A program made the position numbers and the translations under genes. A DNA stretch of 63,983 nucleotides, counting the filler, from Choristocarpus tenellus KU-1152 (taxonomy: Eukaryota > Protista > Phaeophyceae): assembly GCA_964200185.2 (NCBI GenBank). It is 13 parts of 13 records of this genome, joined end to end, with 100 filler letters (N's around TTAATTAATTAA, not from the genome) between each part and the next. Parts side by side here need not be neighbours in the genome. Positions count along the whole stretch, not along the records: positions 50,279 to 54,557 come from CAXNAD020015317.1; positions 54,658 to 57,305 come from CAXNAD020025978.1; positions 57,406 to 60,368 come from CAXNAD020023320.1; positions 60,469 to 63,983 come from CAXNAD020019513.1; 9 more parts are not named here. The stretch is one strand, 5' to 3'. Positions within the stretch are counted from its first letter, which is position 1, and every line of letters starts with the position of its first letter. A model generated the notes under the pieces. The model was not told the DNA's origin, searched no databases, and worked only from the letters and a program-made list of their open reading frames with translations. Below, piece by piece: positions 50,384 to 61,889 of this stretch.

Positions 50384-51934
50384 GGCAGTAAGTGGAATGG
50401 AGGAATAATTAATTGTCTTGAAGCAGTGCGCTCTACAGGAGTGTACCAATTGGTCTATCGGGAAAGGTACTGCACCACTTGACTCCTATGGGGGGGAAGG
50501 AATGCCTACAGTTGTACTAGTGTACTTTTTTCAAGTCAAGACCTCATTGTTGTTGGAAACTACGATAGGAACGCCTTGTCAGTGGGGTAACTCCCTTGTC
50601 TCTTTTGTGCCTCATTTTTTTTTTTCACCTTTGTTTCATTGGTCAACCAATGGCACCGTTACTGGAATGTTCTGCTTCCTTGCATGGTCAGAGAGAGAGG
50701 CAAGTTTTGGTCTCGTGTCCTTGATTTCCAATACTGTCAAGAACTTGTTGTCATTGCGGGTCAATTTATTCGTATTTGTACTTGAACTCCAATGTTGATG
50801 AGATCGCGGGACTGTCTCTATCAGCAGCGAAATTAAATGTTGAAAATATTTTTTAATTTTGAATTGTAGCAGCAGGGGAGGGACAGTTGGTTGGTTGCTC
50901 ATCCTGGTGCTTTTTGACAATTGATGAGATAGTGTAGAGTCACCTCGACTGACCCCCATTGCCCTAACCCTAGAAACTCGCCCATTGTACAGGGGAGATG
51001 CATGGTTATCACAACAGAAAGAACACTGGGAACTTCACCGTGACGTGGGAGGATATTGCTGCTTACCCCGGGGGTCTCCTGGAAGAGGTGGGCTGTTGGT
51101 GTTGTATGTGATGTTGACACCATTGCCCCTGTGAATGCGTTGGTTGTGTTTGGCCACGAGGGGACATCTTCCTGCATTACCTTGGTGCATGCAGGGTGTG
51201 TACCATGGCTGGTCAAGATTTTGCACAGTTCTCTGTATCAACTGATTATCAATTGGGAAGTTGTTTGTGGATCAATTCGTTGTCGTTCTCCTGGCCACAT
51301 TCCACCTGCCCTGGAGGTATCGCATCATTCTAATTATTTTATTTTTATAATAAGGACACTAGTAACAAGTGGCAGGTGCATGTTCTCAAGTCAAGGGGGA
51401 TGTGAATTAATCATTTGATTTACAAACCCTTCCTTAGAGTGTGTGTTTATAGGATCAAGGATGTGGCTTGCCCCTGTGTGTCTTTTCTTCTGTTTTCACA
51501 ATTCAGTATCATTGGTGATATTATTGTTATTATTGATAGTATTAGTAATAATAGTTGGTCCTTGAAAAGGAGGTGGCATATGGTATGATGACCGCACCCT
51601 TGTGACGATCCTGCCCTGTTTGCATTGACCCGGTATACCCTTTCTTGTCACATTTTTTTTCCTTCTCAAATCCATTAGTAGTTCCCTGAACACACTAATC
51701 AACGTTGTTGATGAGCAAAAGATGTGCTGTTGTTACACTGGTGAAAGGTTGTATGATAGCTTAGCTAGCTGTGTTGATAAGTTCACTCCTAGAGGAGGTT
51801 TCCCTCGAAAGGTACCTATTCCATACATACTGTATGCCATGTCATGCCAGTGGTTGACACCCCACCAATCTCCCAGCAAGCATCAATAACGGGAGGCTCT
51901 GTGTGTGCTCTATTTACCCTCTTGGACACACCAG

Positions 51935-52141
51935 ATGCTGGAAATGGCCAAGACATTTGGTTATGATGTGTCTGGCACACGATTTGGACTCCCAGTGAAG
52001 GGGTCTCAAGAGTTGGACGAGATTGAGGATGGCATTTTCATCAATGAATCGAGGTCAAGCACTAAGGAAGAGAGTGCTGGTGATGGTGAAGGCAGGGCAA
52101 GAGGTTGGAAATTTTGGCGTTTGAGCAAGAAGCAACAATAA
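51935..52141 (+). CDS. Probable terminal exon of an unknown protein (MLEMAKTFGYDVSG...WKFWRLSKKQQ*)
   Basis: Acceptor acaccag, open frame to TAA, protein-like composition. The M..FGY motif weakly recalls sulfotransferase C-termini (unverified). Confidence 0.5.
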   Translation: MLEMAKTFGYDVSGTRFGLPVKGSQELDEIEDGIFINESRSSTKEESAGDGEGRARGWKFWRLSKKQQ

Positions 52142-53820
52142 CCTACCTGCTTGTCTAGTGTGGTGTGGTGTGGTGTGGTGTTTGTGTGTGTGTGTGGCAA
52201 TGACAATACTATTTAATCAATTGTAACAAGAACAATATTGCTAAGGGGTCTTGGTCTTGGTCTTGCATGTAGGGTCGTGTGTGAACATTTATACTAAGGG
52301 TGTACATGGTGTACATGATGGTGGAGTGCATAATGACCAGTTGTATAAATGAACAGAGATCGATTGACTGGTGAAAGAATGACTGTCCACAGTAACCCTT
52401 ACCCTTACCTGACTGATTGAGCAAGTTATCTTGCATGGAATTGGTTGTTGAACCTCACAATTTATTACTTGGACTTGGTGCATTGCATAGTAACAAGTTT
52501 TACAGTGTTACGAACTGTGGAGTGCACAGTACAGTATAGCTGTTGTGGGCCTTCATTAGTCAGTGTATGGTGTCTTGTTGATGTATGATCGCTTTGGGAG
52601 AAAAGACTGTGACCATGGAAACACAAATATTGCCAATTATTGTCCATTGCTTTGTGCGTGTTGGACCAGACAAGTGATGCTTGTGTGTGTGTGTGTGTGT
52701 GTGTTGTTCATCTGACAATAATTTGGAGAGGAAGACCTTTACAAGGTGGTGGTGCTGTTGCAGTGCCCCAGTGCTCTTTATATCATTTCCGACACTTCTT
52801 CCCCACCTTTTCTGTATAGATGTCAAGCCTTTTCTGTTCTCAAGGAAGGTGTTGTAGGGAGAGGAATGCAGCTGGGTCACATCAGAAGGACTTTTTGTTG
52901 TTGCTGTTGTTGTTGTTGTTGACACTATTTAGGGTTAGGGTTGTGTAGATTTACTTCTCGGTTTTCTTTGCAGCTTGTCGCGGAACATGAAAAAGAGTTA
53001 GGGGAAATTACGACACCACCACTGTTTTTGAAACTGTATTTTTGCAACGTTGTAGATAATGAAAAGGCACACTTTCTTTTGATTTTCTGTCATCCCTGAC
53101 ACTGAGGAACATTCAGATTGTGCTCGTTTTTTGTTTGAGTTGTTGGAAGAGGCCTCCTCCTCTTCCCTTCCCCTTGTGGCAACTTTCGGTAGATACATAC
53201 CTACCACCTGTCTGCATACATGATGTCATGTGGCTAGTTGACAAGAATTTATTACCGGTTGGTTCTTTGTAAGGGTACATGGTGCGCTTGCTCCATCTGC
53301 GGCAGACGGTCTCTCAGGAATGAGAAAAGCGACAGGGTTTAGGGGAAATGTGGGGGGTGGAAAGAAAAGGACTTATGATGAGTGCTCAAGATAGAATTAT
53401 TCGTTTGAAAAGGGTTTGTTTGGAGGTGAGACTTTGGGTTTTTTGTTTTTGTGTGGGGCAGACAGCCACTTGTTTTCGATTCTGTTCTTGAATTAATTCG
53501 TTGCTTCACAGTAGTAGTTTTCTCTTCCGACTGGAGTAAGGATCATGCTGTGTAGATCATGGACTTCTTCTACCAGTATTTGGGGCTGTCTGTGTTGTGC
53601 TTTTGTGGTGGTGGTGTTCGTCAAGACTATGTTGTTTCTCTAAGAGCGTGTGCGTGTCTCATTCTGTGTTCACCTCAATGAATTTCTGAGAGAGGGGATC
53701 ATCAATGAAGCAAGCAAGTCCAACACAATTGGAATCGACCAATGCAACCAAGCCAACAAGGAGGGACTACTAATAATGTACAGGACAGTACTGCTACTTG
53801 TCTTCTGACAACATCTATCT

Positions 53821-54033
53821 TTAAAGAAGGATGGAATCCTTGTTTAAGAAGAATGCCTCTGAGCTATGGAGGCCTTTAGTCACTCTCCTTTCTTTTCTGC
53901 GACCTGTGCACAACTTAGACATCGACACAACCATCTCTGGTGCTAAACCGGAGTATTCTGTCAAGTTTGGCTCATAACGCCTGCCTGTTGTGAGGCCATC
54001 ACTCTGGGCCACTTCCTCCTCAATATATGTCAC
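53821..54033 (-). CDS. Possible terminal exon of an unknown gene
   Basis: Acceptor ccctgtacag then an open frame (YIEEEVAQSDGLTTGRRYEPNLTEYSGLAPEMV...) to TAA. No recognisable motif. Confidence 0.3.
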   Translation of the reverse strand: MTYIEEEVAQSDGLTTGRRYEPNLTEYSGLAPEMVVSMSKLCTGRRKERRVTKGLHSSEAFFLNKDSILL

Positions 54034-54739
54034 TGTACAGGGCAGCGCCTGGTGACCATTTTATTTGTCCACAAGTTTCATTTTCCAGAACTGTGGGTGT
54101 AATTTGGTGTGTGGCATCTGACGTAATTATTTGAAACATTGGAACGTTCTGGGTCAACCAACGTTGACATGATACTGTTAATACTAGAACGCAGTAGTAG
54201 TAGGAGTGTGAGGAATTAATACCAAGAGTTCTACACACATTTTGACCGTTTTGCATTATACACCTTTTTTCTTGCTCCCCTGTGCATTACAAAATATAAA
54301 CATCAACAGGAACATCCTATTTTCGTGTTTTGTGTGCACAAATAGAAGCCCCCAAAATGAATTTGTCACGTTTCTATTTGTCAAAGGAGAGACTGAAAAA
54401 AAAAACATACCTGAGCAAAGAAAGTCCTTTTCGTGATGAGCTTTGTACAAAAATGTGTTTTTTGACCATTTCTGGGGATCCTTATGGCGCAACTGTTTAT
54501 GTGTACCTCCTGGTTACTGTGTTCTATACAATGCTTGTATGGGTGATCTGCCACACCNNNNNNNNNNNNNNNNNNNNNNNNNNNNNNNNNNNNNNNNNNN
54601 NTTAATTAATTAANNNNNNNNNNNNNNNNNNNNNNNNNNNNNNNNNNNNNNNNNNNNGGATCGTGTGAGGCTTCACACCTTCTTATCTTCACTACTAACA
54701 AATAGCATTACCTCCCAAGGTAATTTGCACAAGTGGTGC

Positions 54740-56510
54740 GAGACGGGAGAGATATGCGGATATGCTTTCGCTATGGTGGAGTCTATAGTGTATGGTGTAT
54801 TTGGGCTTCAGGTGAGAAGGCTGAGAGGACATGACGAATTCGAAGGCAGTAAAGGGTATGCAGTCCATCGCATGGTAGGTAAAGAGGAAAGTACTGGGTA
54901 TGGAGTTCATTGCATTGTAGATAAGGAGGAACAGTGAGACATGGCGTCTCACTGGCAATGAAGATGTCGATTGCACGTCAACAAAACTGAAGGTAGAATA
55001 CAGGAGCAAGCGACTGATGAAGGCTTGGATCCCGCTGACAGGAACTTGTACACACACTCGTTGAAGGTCAAACCCCAGCAGAACCTATGAAAGTAGGCAG
55101 AGAAGAACAAGTTCTGGACACCCCTGCATGAAACGGGGGAGAAATTTCCCACTCGGGACAGACCCTTCATCCTACTGGATATGAACACTCACACTGGGAA
55201 GAAGGGTAAAGGGGATGGAAGAAACGTGGTACTTTGGCCATACAGCAGTGATTGAATGAACAATAATGGTGTGCACGTTGTGAGGTTTGTAGGGATGAAT
55301 AGAGTTGAACTCATCAACACGTTCTCGAGTATACCAAAGGGCACAGAACCATTTATTAGAAGCTGTTTTGGAAGTACTGGCACCTTCTACGCGGAAGATG
55401 TTGCCAGGAGGATGGTGTGCAAGTGAGGAAGCTCAAGTAAGCTTCATGGAGGCCTAGGGGTGACAGGAACAGATATGGCAACAAAAGCCCACAGATCCTG
55501 AAAACCCCTTCTTTAAGAAGGCGATAGAGCTTCCTGGCACATCTCAAATGGGCGAGGGAGTCTGCCTTGCAGAATTCTCGACACCTACACCAGGAAGGTT
55601 GAAGATCCTCCCCCCTGTGGAGATAGAAGTTGGTTTCTACCAAATCCTGAAAGCTCTTGATGTAAAAAGGATCAGACAGAGTGCCAGCATAGTGAGAAAA
55701 CAAGGACTCGTCATGGAAAGGGAGTGGTAACTCTTTGAAAGTGTGCTCCTAACAACAAGGTAGTCAACCTTAACCCTGAGAGAGTTGAACTCCTTTACCA
55801 ACAGTGCACTATCATGGCACTTGCTGATGCACCAACATTTGTGGAAGTGGCTGAAGCAATTCAAGCCATGGCAAACGGGAAGGTGGTGGGACTAGATGAC
55901 CTCCCAGCTAAAATCCTGAAACTTCGCCTCAGTGAGGATGTGATTATACTCCAGAGTTTACATAATATAGTTTTGGCTGTATGGGCGTTGGTGGAATACG
56001 CTGACAAGGTGCTTCTCAAGGTTGTTGCACAACAGCTGGGAGCTTACCTGGAACAGGAGAACACACTCCATGAAGAGCGGTATGGTGTCCAGCCCCACTG
56101 CTCTACAGTGGACATGGTGTACAACCTCTGTGTTGTTCAAGAGCTCGCATGGGAAAATATGTACCTCAGTTCCTGTATATTTTCCACCTACAAAGAGCAT
56201 ATAGAGTGAAAGTATCTTAGAGAGTACGAGCTTTGCCCTGTTCGTCAGTTTGGGACTTGACTTCCCACGGTTTTTTGTTACATTTTTCTACTCCGAAATG
56301 TTTTTTAGAGTAGGTAAAATGTATACATTGTGGAAAGGAGTGTCCGGAACAAGGATATTGACACTTCCTAACAAGATAACGAAAATTACATCAAAATCGC
56401 AACATTGGATTCTGATCCCCAAACGGACACGGCTCTACCCTCTAAGATACTTTGACTCGTAGCTCTACTGACCACAATCTCCTGTGGACTGTCCTTGGCA
56501 AATTTCAACT
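54740..56510 (+). mobile_element. RTE-clade LINE remnant (endonuclease traces plus RT), interrupted by a MITE at 56204-56458
   Basis: PTFVEVAEAIQAMANGKVVGLDDLPAKILK, LHEERYGVQPHCSTVDMVY..QELA, and across the MITE LQRAY|SSTDHNLLWTVLGKF (consensus-like KAYDSVDRELLW). FGLQVRRLRG upstream. Confidence 0.85.
56204..56458 (-). mobile_element. MITE family A copy 8, nested in RTE RT
   Basis: Full TIRs; flanks ata|...|gta. Confidence 0.92.
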
Positions 56511-59500
56511 GCCTGAGAAAATGATCTCACTCATACGTCAATTCCAAGAAGAAATTTAGGCATGCACGCACATAGTTTTAAGAGTGTACCAATTGGTTTG
56601 AGACCGGGCAAGGCCTTGGGCAAGGGTGTGTTCTTGCCTCCCTCCTACACAACACCTTCAATACAGTGCTAACCACAGTTGCTGAGGAGTTCAGCGCTGA
56701 ACCTGTCATCCCCAAGGACCTTCTTGTCATCAAGGGAGTGGCGAAAAACAACCAGGCGGGAGAGGGAGGCGGGAGAATCAGGAGTGACAAAAAGTAGGGT
56801 AACACTTAAATAGCGCTGGTGGGGTATGCCCTATGTTGAAGATAAAGGCATTTTGTCTGTCAATGATGAAGCTGATATCACTGCAGAGATCAGTCATTGA
56901 CAGGTTCAAAAATCCTCAATCTGCTTACACAAGAACAGTCAAATGGTTCATGACAGAACCACAGGTGCAGCACAAAGGCTTAATTCTTGAGTGCTCAATG
57001 CTAAATTGCTCAAGGTCCTGCTATATGTTTATGTGACACGGGCAATCTGCTAGGTCTGCTAAGGGATATGAAGCTCCACTTTCACCACCACAAACTCCAC
57101 CTGCACACTGCATCCGACTTTGCAAATGGGAACGCATCAATCACACACTACCCTACAAGATGTCCTTGCGAAGACAGACTGCGAGAGTATCGAGGCAGCT
57201 GTGTGGAAACGGAGACTCATGTTCACAGTGTCAGTTGCACATATGGGGATGTGGGGGATGAGCAACTCCTGAAGGTGTTAGTGATGCTCAAAGTATCTAG
57301 GGGGGNNNNNNNNNNNNNNNNNNNNNNNNNNNNNNNNNNNNNNNNNNNNTTAATTAATTAANNNNNNNNNNNNNNNNNNNNNNNNNNNNNNNNNNNNNNN
57401 NNNNNCTTTTCGTGTGCTCTCCCCTCTCCCCCCCCCCCCCCCCCCCTCCCCCTCTGGTCTACACCTGCCCTTGGTCTCCTCTACACCTCAGAGCCCCCCC
57501 TCAAATCAGTGAGTCTTGGGGAGAGAGTTGAGGGTCTTGAGTGCAAATCCTTTTAGCCCCCCCCCAAACGCTATACCTCCGTAACTCCCTGTGACTTTCC
57601 CAAGTTCTTACCCGATTGTTAGGAAGGCGTGTTGGTTGGGAATGCAAGCTGTGGGAGTATGTAGGAGGGGTGTTGAGGGGTATGCATATACAGGGGTGCT
57701 GTCATCTATGTTGGGGCCCCAGTTTCATCCAATAGGCTGCCCTGTTTTCGTATCCCTTTTAAAAGCTGGTTACCCATGGTTGATTGAGATAGTGCAGAAA
57801 ATGCCCAAAAACCAAGGTGGGGAAGGGAAGTTCACATTTGGCAGGCGTTTGCAGCATTCTAATGGGCGACCAGGTAGGGGTTGAATGGAACACAGGGGAG
57901 AGAGGGGATAGTGTTGGTGGTATCAATCAACAGGTGGGGTTTGTGACCACTGCCCCCTTGTCATCGTTGTCATCGTCCCCCCAACCCCAACCCCAACACC
58001 CACATGCTTCAACATATTCTTCTTGACTGAGAAGGTTGAGTGGGAGGAGGTGGTAACAGTACCTGACTTTCAATGCCACCGCTTGTTATGTAACTGTCAT
58101 TTGGCCTTGTTGGTGGAGAGGGAAGAATGAGCAGTTTTGTGGTAAGGACACAAGAGGGACCGCATGGGATATGCTGTACGAGTGACTACTGTACAGTGGG
58201 CAGTGTGGTTGTTGGAATCCGAGATTCTTTTTTCCGACCTTCAATTGTGGGACTACGTTGCGTGTTGGTCCTTACAATGTGTGTAAGAATGAGTCATCCA
58301 TCACCTCTCTTTCTTGTGTGCATTGCTGGCATGTGTGTTTATGCTCGGTGCTTTTCCTGTTGTGAGTAAGGCGATAGTTGGGTACTTCATGCCCCTAGCA
58401 TGTGGCAGATGGGAAGGGCCGAACATTTTGTAGTTGCCTGCCTGATGACTGCATACTCCATGATTCGAGGCATTATTCCTCTTCCATGTTGCAGCTTTTC
58501 CCATGCACGTAGTGTTTTGTTGTCACTTTTGTGCGTTTATCTCCACCCCCTCTCCCATCTCTGCAACCTCCCACCACAAAGCACATTCTCCATTGTGCTG
58601 TGCGGCTTGGTTGGATAGGGATCTAACCTAAGAGCTGCGTCGGATTGCATGATTCAGATGGTGACGGACAGGGTTTCATTGGACTGCTTAAGCCTACTTC
58701 TTCACGGGCTGAGCAAGACGTGTTAATAGTGCCCGTTCCGCCAATCCTTCAGTTTACGGAGTTGAGTTAGGGTTAATCGCAGAGCAGGCAAATTTGAATG
58801 GGGGGGGCAGCTTGAGAGTCGAGAAGTGAATGTTCGCGTGAAGGTGTTGTGTGAATAACTTCTCAGTCGAAGATCGGCAAATGGAAACACGTAATGTAGT
58901 ACATGCATGTATATGTAGTTGACCCCGGTTGGATTGAAGTGTATGTGGGAGGTTCATTGCTTATCGTGTGTTGGTCAAGAGCAGCTAAATGCAGTCTTGA
59001 TTACGGAAAGCTTTCCTTGGGGACTAATCGTAGGAATCCAGTTGCCCCTGCGGTGAGGTTGGGGAAAGAGGTTGAGTTTAGATGTTTGGTTGTGGTGTGA
59101 TCGATTGATGAGGGCACTCAGCTATGTATTGTGAATTAGAAGTTGGAACGATGTTCTTGCTGCTGTGGAGGGGTGGACAACATGGGGGAGGGGGAGGGGA
59201 GAGTGCTCAAGGAAATCAATGATATTCAGTGCTTGCTGCATTTTGTTGTTCGGTTTTGTGTGTTTATTGATTGGAAGTGATGCATTGGCGAAGTGTATAC
59301 AAGGGGGGGGCAATGGACAGCTTGTATCTCATACAGATAATGACATTAATTCTTGCCTCTGGAGGTTGGTTTAAGTGAGACGGCGAGGTGATTACTGGTG
59401 TACTATCTGTGTGTGCATATAAAAAGCATGGGAGTGTGTACGGCTCTGTGTGTCGTAAGTGACTTCGCAAGCATGCATCATATTTGCAATGTCACGGGTA

Positions 59501-61035
59501 GCAATGATTTTTATCATTTCCTTTATTTTTAATTTTTTCGTTTCCCCTCAGCTCTCAGGCAAGTAGACCGGGTTCTTTTTTTTGTGAGTTGTTGGTTGGT
59601 GTCGAAGTGCAGTCTGTTGCAGTTGTTGGTTGCATGCAGTATCATAGTGAGTGGGAGGGGTAAAGTAAGCAGGCACGTGTTGTTTGAGTTGGAAGGTAGT
59701 TACGAGTCGATTGTGATTGGAGATAGTATGGCTGGGGAAGAAACGGTGAAGGTATTTGGGGTATACCTTATTCCGCCAGTGATTGCTGTTGTTTTACGTC
59801 GGGGAGTTGTAGGTGACTTTGATTTAAGCACAAAGAAGTAGGTAGGTGTGCATCAACAAACAAAACACTTCACCATTGCATCTTAGTCATAGTCATAGCG
59901 TAATACCCTAGCATGGATGGGACAAACACGCAGATGACTGAAATGACTTCGTCAGGGTAGGAAGATATCTTATCTCGTCTTGTCCGCAATTATTTGCAAA
60001 ACATAGTATCAGATCAGCCTGCTATTACAACATGAAAGGTTACGATATAAAACTAGTAGTAACAGTAAGGACGAAGAATATAGGAGTGACGTCGGAAGAA
60101 TGATAGAGGAGGCATCAGGTCCAGGACCGATACTCTCACCATTAAAAGACCTGATAGTCTATGCCTTCTACACATCATCATGCATCTCACAAGACAAAGG
60201 AATGAAACCTGGAGTATTAGTGGTTGTATATAATATGTGCGATTTATGAGGCGCGATATGCAGACCACACAATATAAATAAAATATTGCACACCTAAGTG
60301 GATTCGCAAAATTGAGGATGGAGCGGGACTATGAGGATGGTTGTTTTGCGAAAACGGTCTTAAAAAAGNNNNNNNNNNNNNNNNNNNNNNNNNNNNNNNN
60401 NNNNNNNNNNNNTTAATTAATTAANNNNNNNNNNNNNNNNNNNNNNNNNNNNNNNNNNNNNNNNNNNNCCAAATGGACAGCCGCCACCCCCTCCCAGATA
60501 CTTTGAGCCTCAGAATCGTTCATGATATCACAATCACCTCTGCCAAAGCGCCGAAAGTTGGAATAAGTGCGGAGGGATTATCACGGGACACGACCACAAC
60601 ACTCGAAGCTGATTGAACTGCATTGAGAAGCCGTTGAGGCGACGATGTCTCAGCTCGATTGATACTGAAATTGCTCTGCCAAGCCTTCGCAGTAAGTCCT
60701 TGCCTCAGGTATCACAACACAATCACCTGAACTCTACCACTATTGCAACTGCTGAGCCAAACGAAAATCATGCTGCGATCGTTGCTTAGGTTACCTTCTC
60801 ATGATTATTATCCCGACTTGTGGAGTACATTGGTCGTTTCTTTATGTGTAAGTACATTAGAAAGGTGGAAGCCGGAACAAGGCATCCAGCCCCACATCCA
60901 AGGAGCAAAACTTAAGGTCCTTGATATAGAAGAGCTCCAGACGCCTTAACCGACAGTTGAAGAGTATTTTCTACCATCAGGAACACATCTTAAACGTGTT
61001 TGGCTTTGAAAAACCCACATGCTATAACAACTCAC

Positions 61036-61140
61036 CAGGGTAGTGGTGATCAGCTGTCTTTGAGGCGCAACAAAGGCGGTTGATGTCGATGAAGCTAACA
61101 GTGAACATGCCCAGTATAGCCCGATTCTGGCAGTTGCCAT
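61036..61140 (-). CDS. First exon of a probable nuclear-encoded plastid-targeted protein (bipartite presequence)
   Basis: ATG...|gtgagt; MATARIGLYWACSLLASSTSTA-FVAPQRQLITTTL = signal peptide plus ASAFAP-like cleavage motif with +1 Phe. Confidence 0.65.
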
Positions 61141-61634
61141 GGGTATAAACAGATCGAGCTCCACGATATTGACTTCTCTTCTCCACGACGTTTGTCTTAC
61201 GAAGGTTAAATATGCATCTTGTAAAATGCTCTGGAGTATGTAGAGTTGGAGCGGATCATTGATTGGGGGTTGCAACAGTACTGCTTATAGCGTGGTGTTG
61301 CGTGTGCCTTCTGTTGTGGAAATGGTGAAACGCCAAGAAAAACATGTCCCACGTCCCGCATCTCACTCCTACTGTTTAGTGTTTCACTATAATAGTGTGT
61401 GATCATGCCATCCCAACTCATCATTGTTGATTTTACGGTTTCAGTTTTGTCTCCAATAGTCAAAATAGAAAATAGAAAAAAAACTGTTTCATCTCCATAA
61501 CTACCTTGTATTAGAATACACTGTTGATGCAGATAATCTTATTCTCAAGTGGCCATATCTGAAAGAGCTTCACACTTTTTCTAGAGGCTCCAGATGATCA
61601 GGTAGGAGAGGATTTACAGGTTGATGGGAGTGTT

Positions 61635-61889
61635 GAGCCAAAGAATCTTTGAGGGTAGAGCCGTGTCCATTTGGGGGTCAAAATACAATGTTGTGATTTT
61701 GATGTAATTTTGGCTATCGTGTTTATTCGGAAGTGTCATTATGTTTCAGACACACCTTTTATAACGTATACATTTTGCCTACTCCGAAACATTTTGGAGT
61801 CGGAAAATGTCATAAAAACCCGATGGGAAGCCAAGCCCCACAAATGGACAAACAGGGAAAAATTCGTACCCTCTAAGATAGTTTCACTC
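61635..61889 (+). mobile_element. MITE family A copy 9 (TSD TGTT)
   Basis: Full TIRs; flanks tgtt|...|tgtt. Confidence 0.92.

Noticed and set aside
51935-51990. Pyruvate formate-lyase similarity (EMA..FGYDVSG)
   Set aside because: That motif is internal in PFL, whereas this frame ends ~55 residues later with unrelated sequence.
52560-53330. Spliced minus-strand gene from ORFs 52560-52925 and 52998-53207
   Set aside because: I could not build a phase-consistent model or recognise a motif.
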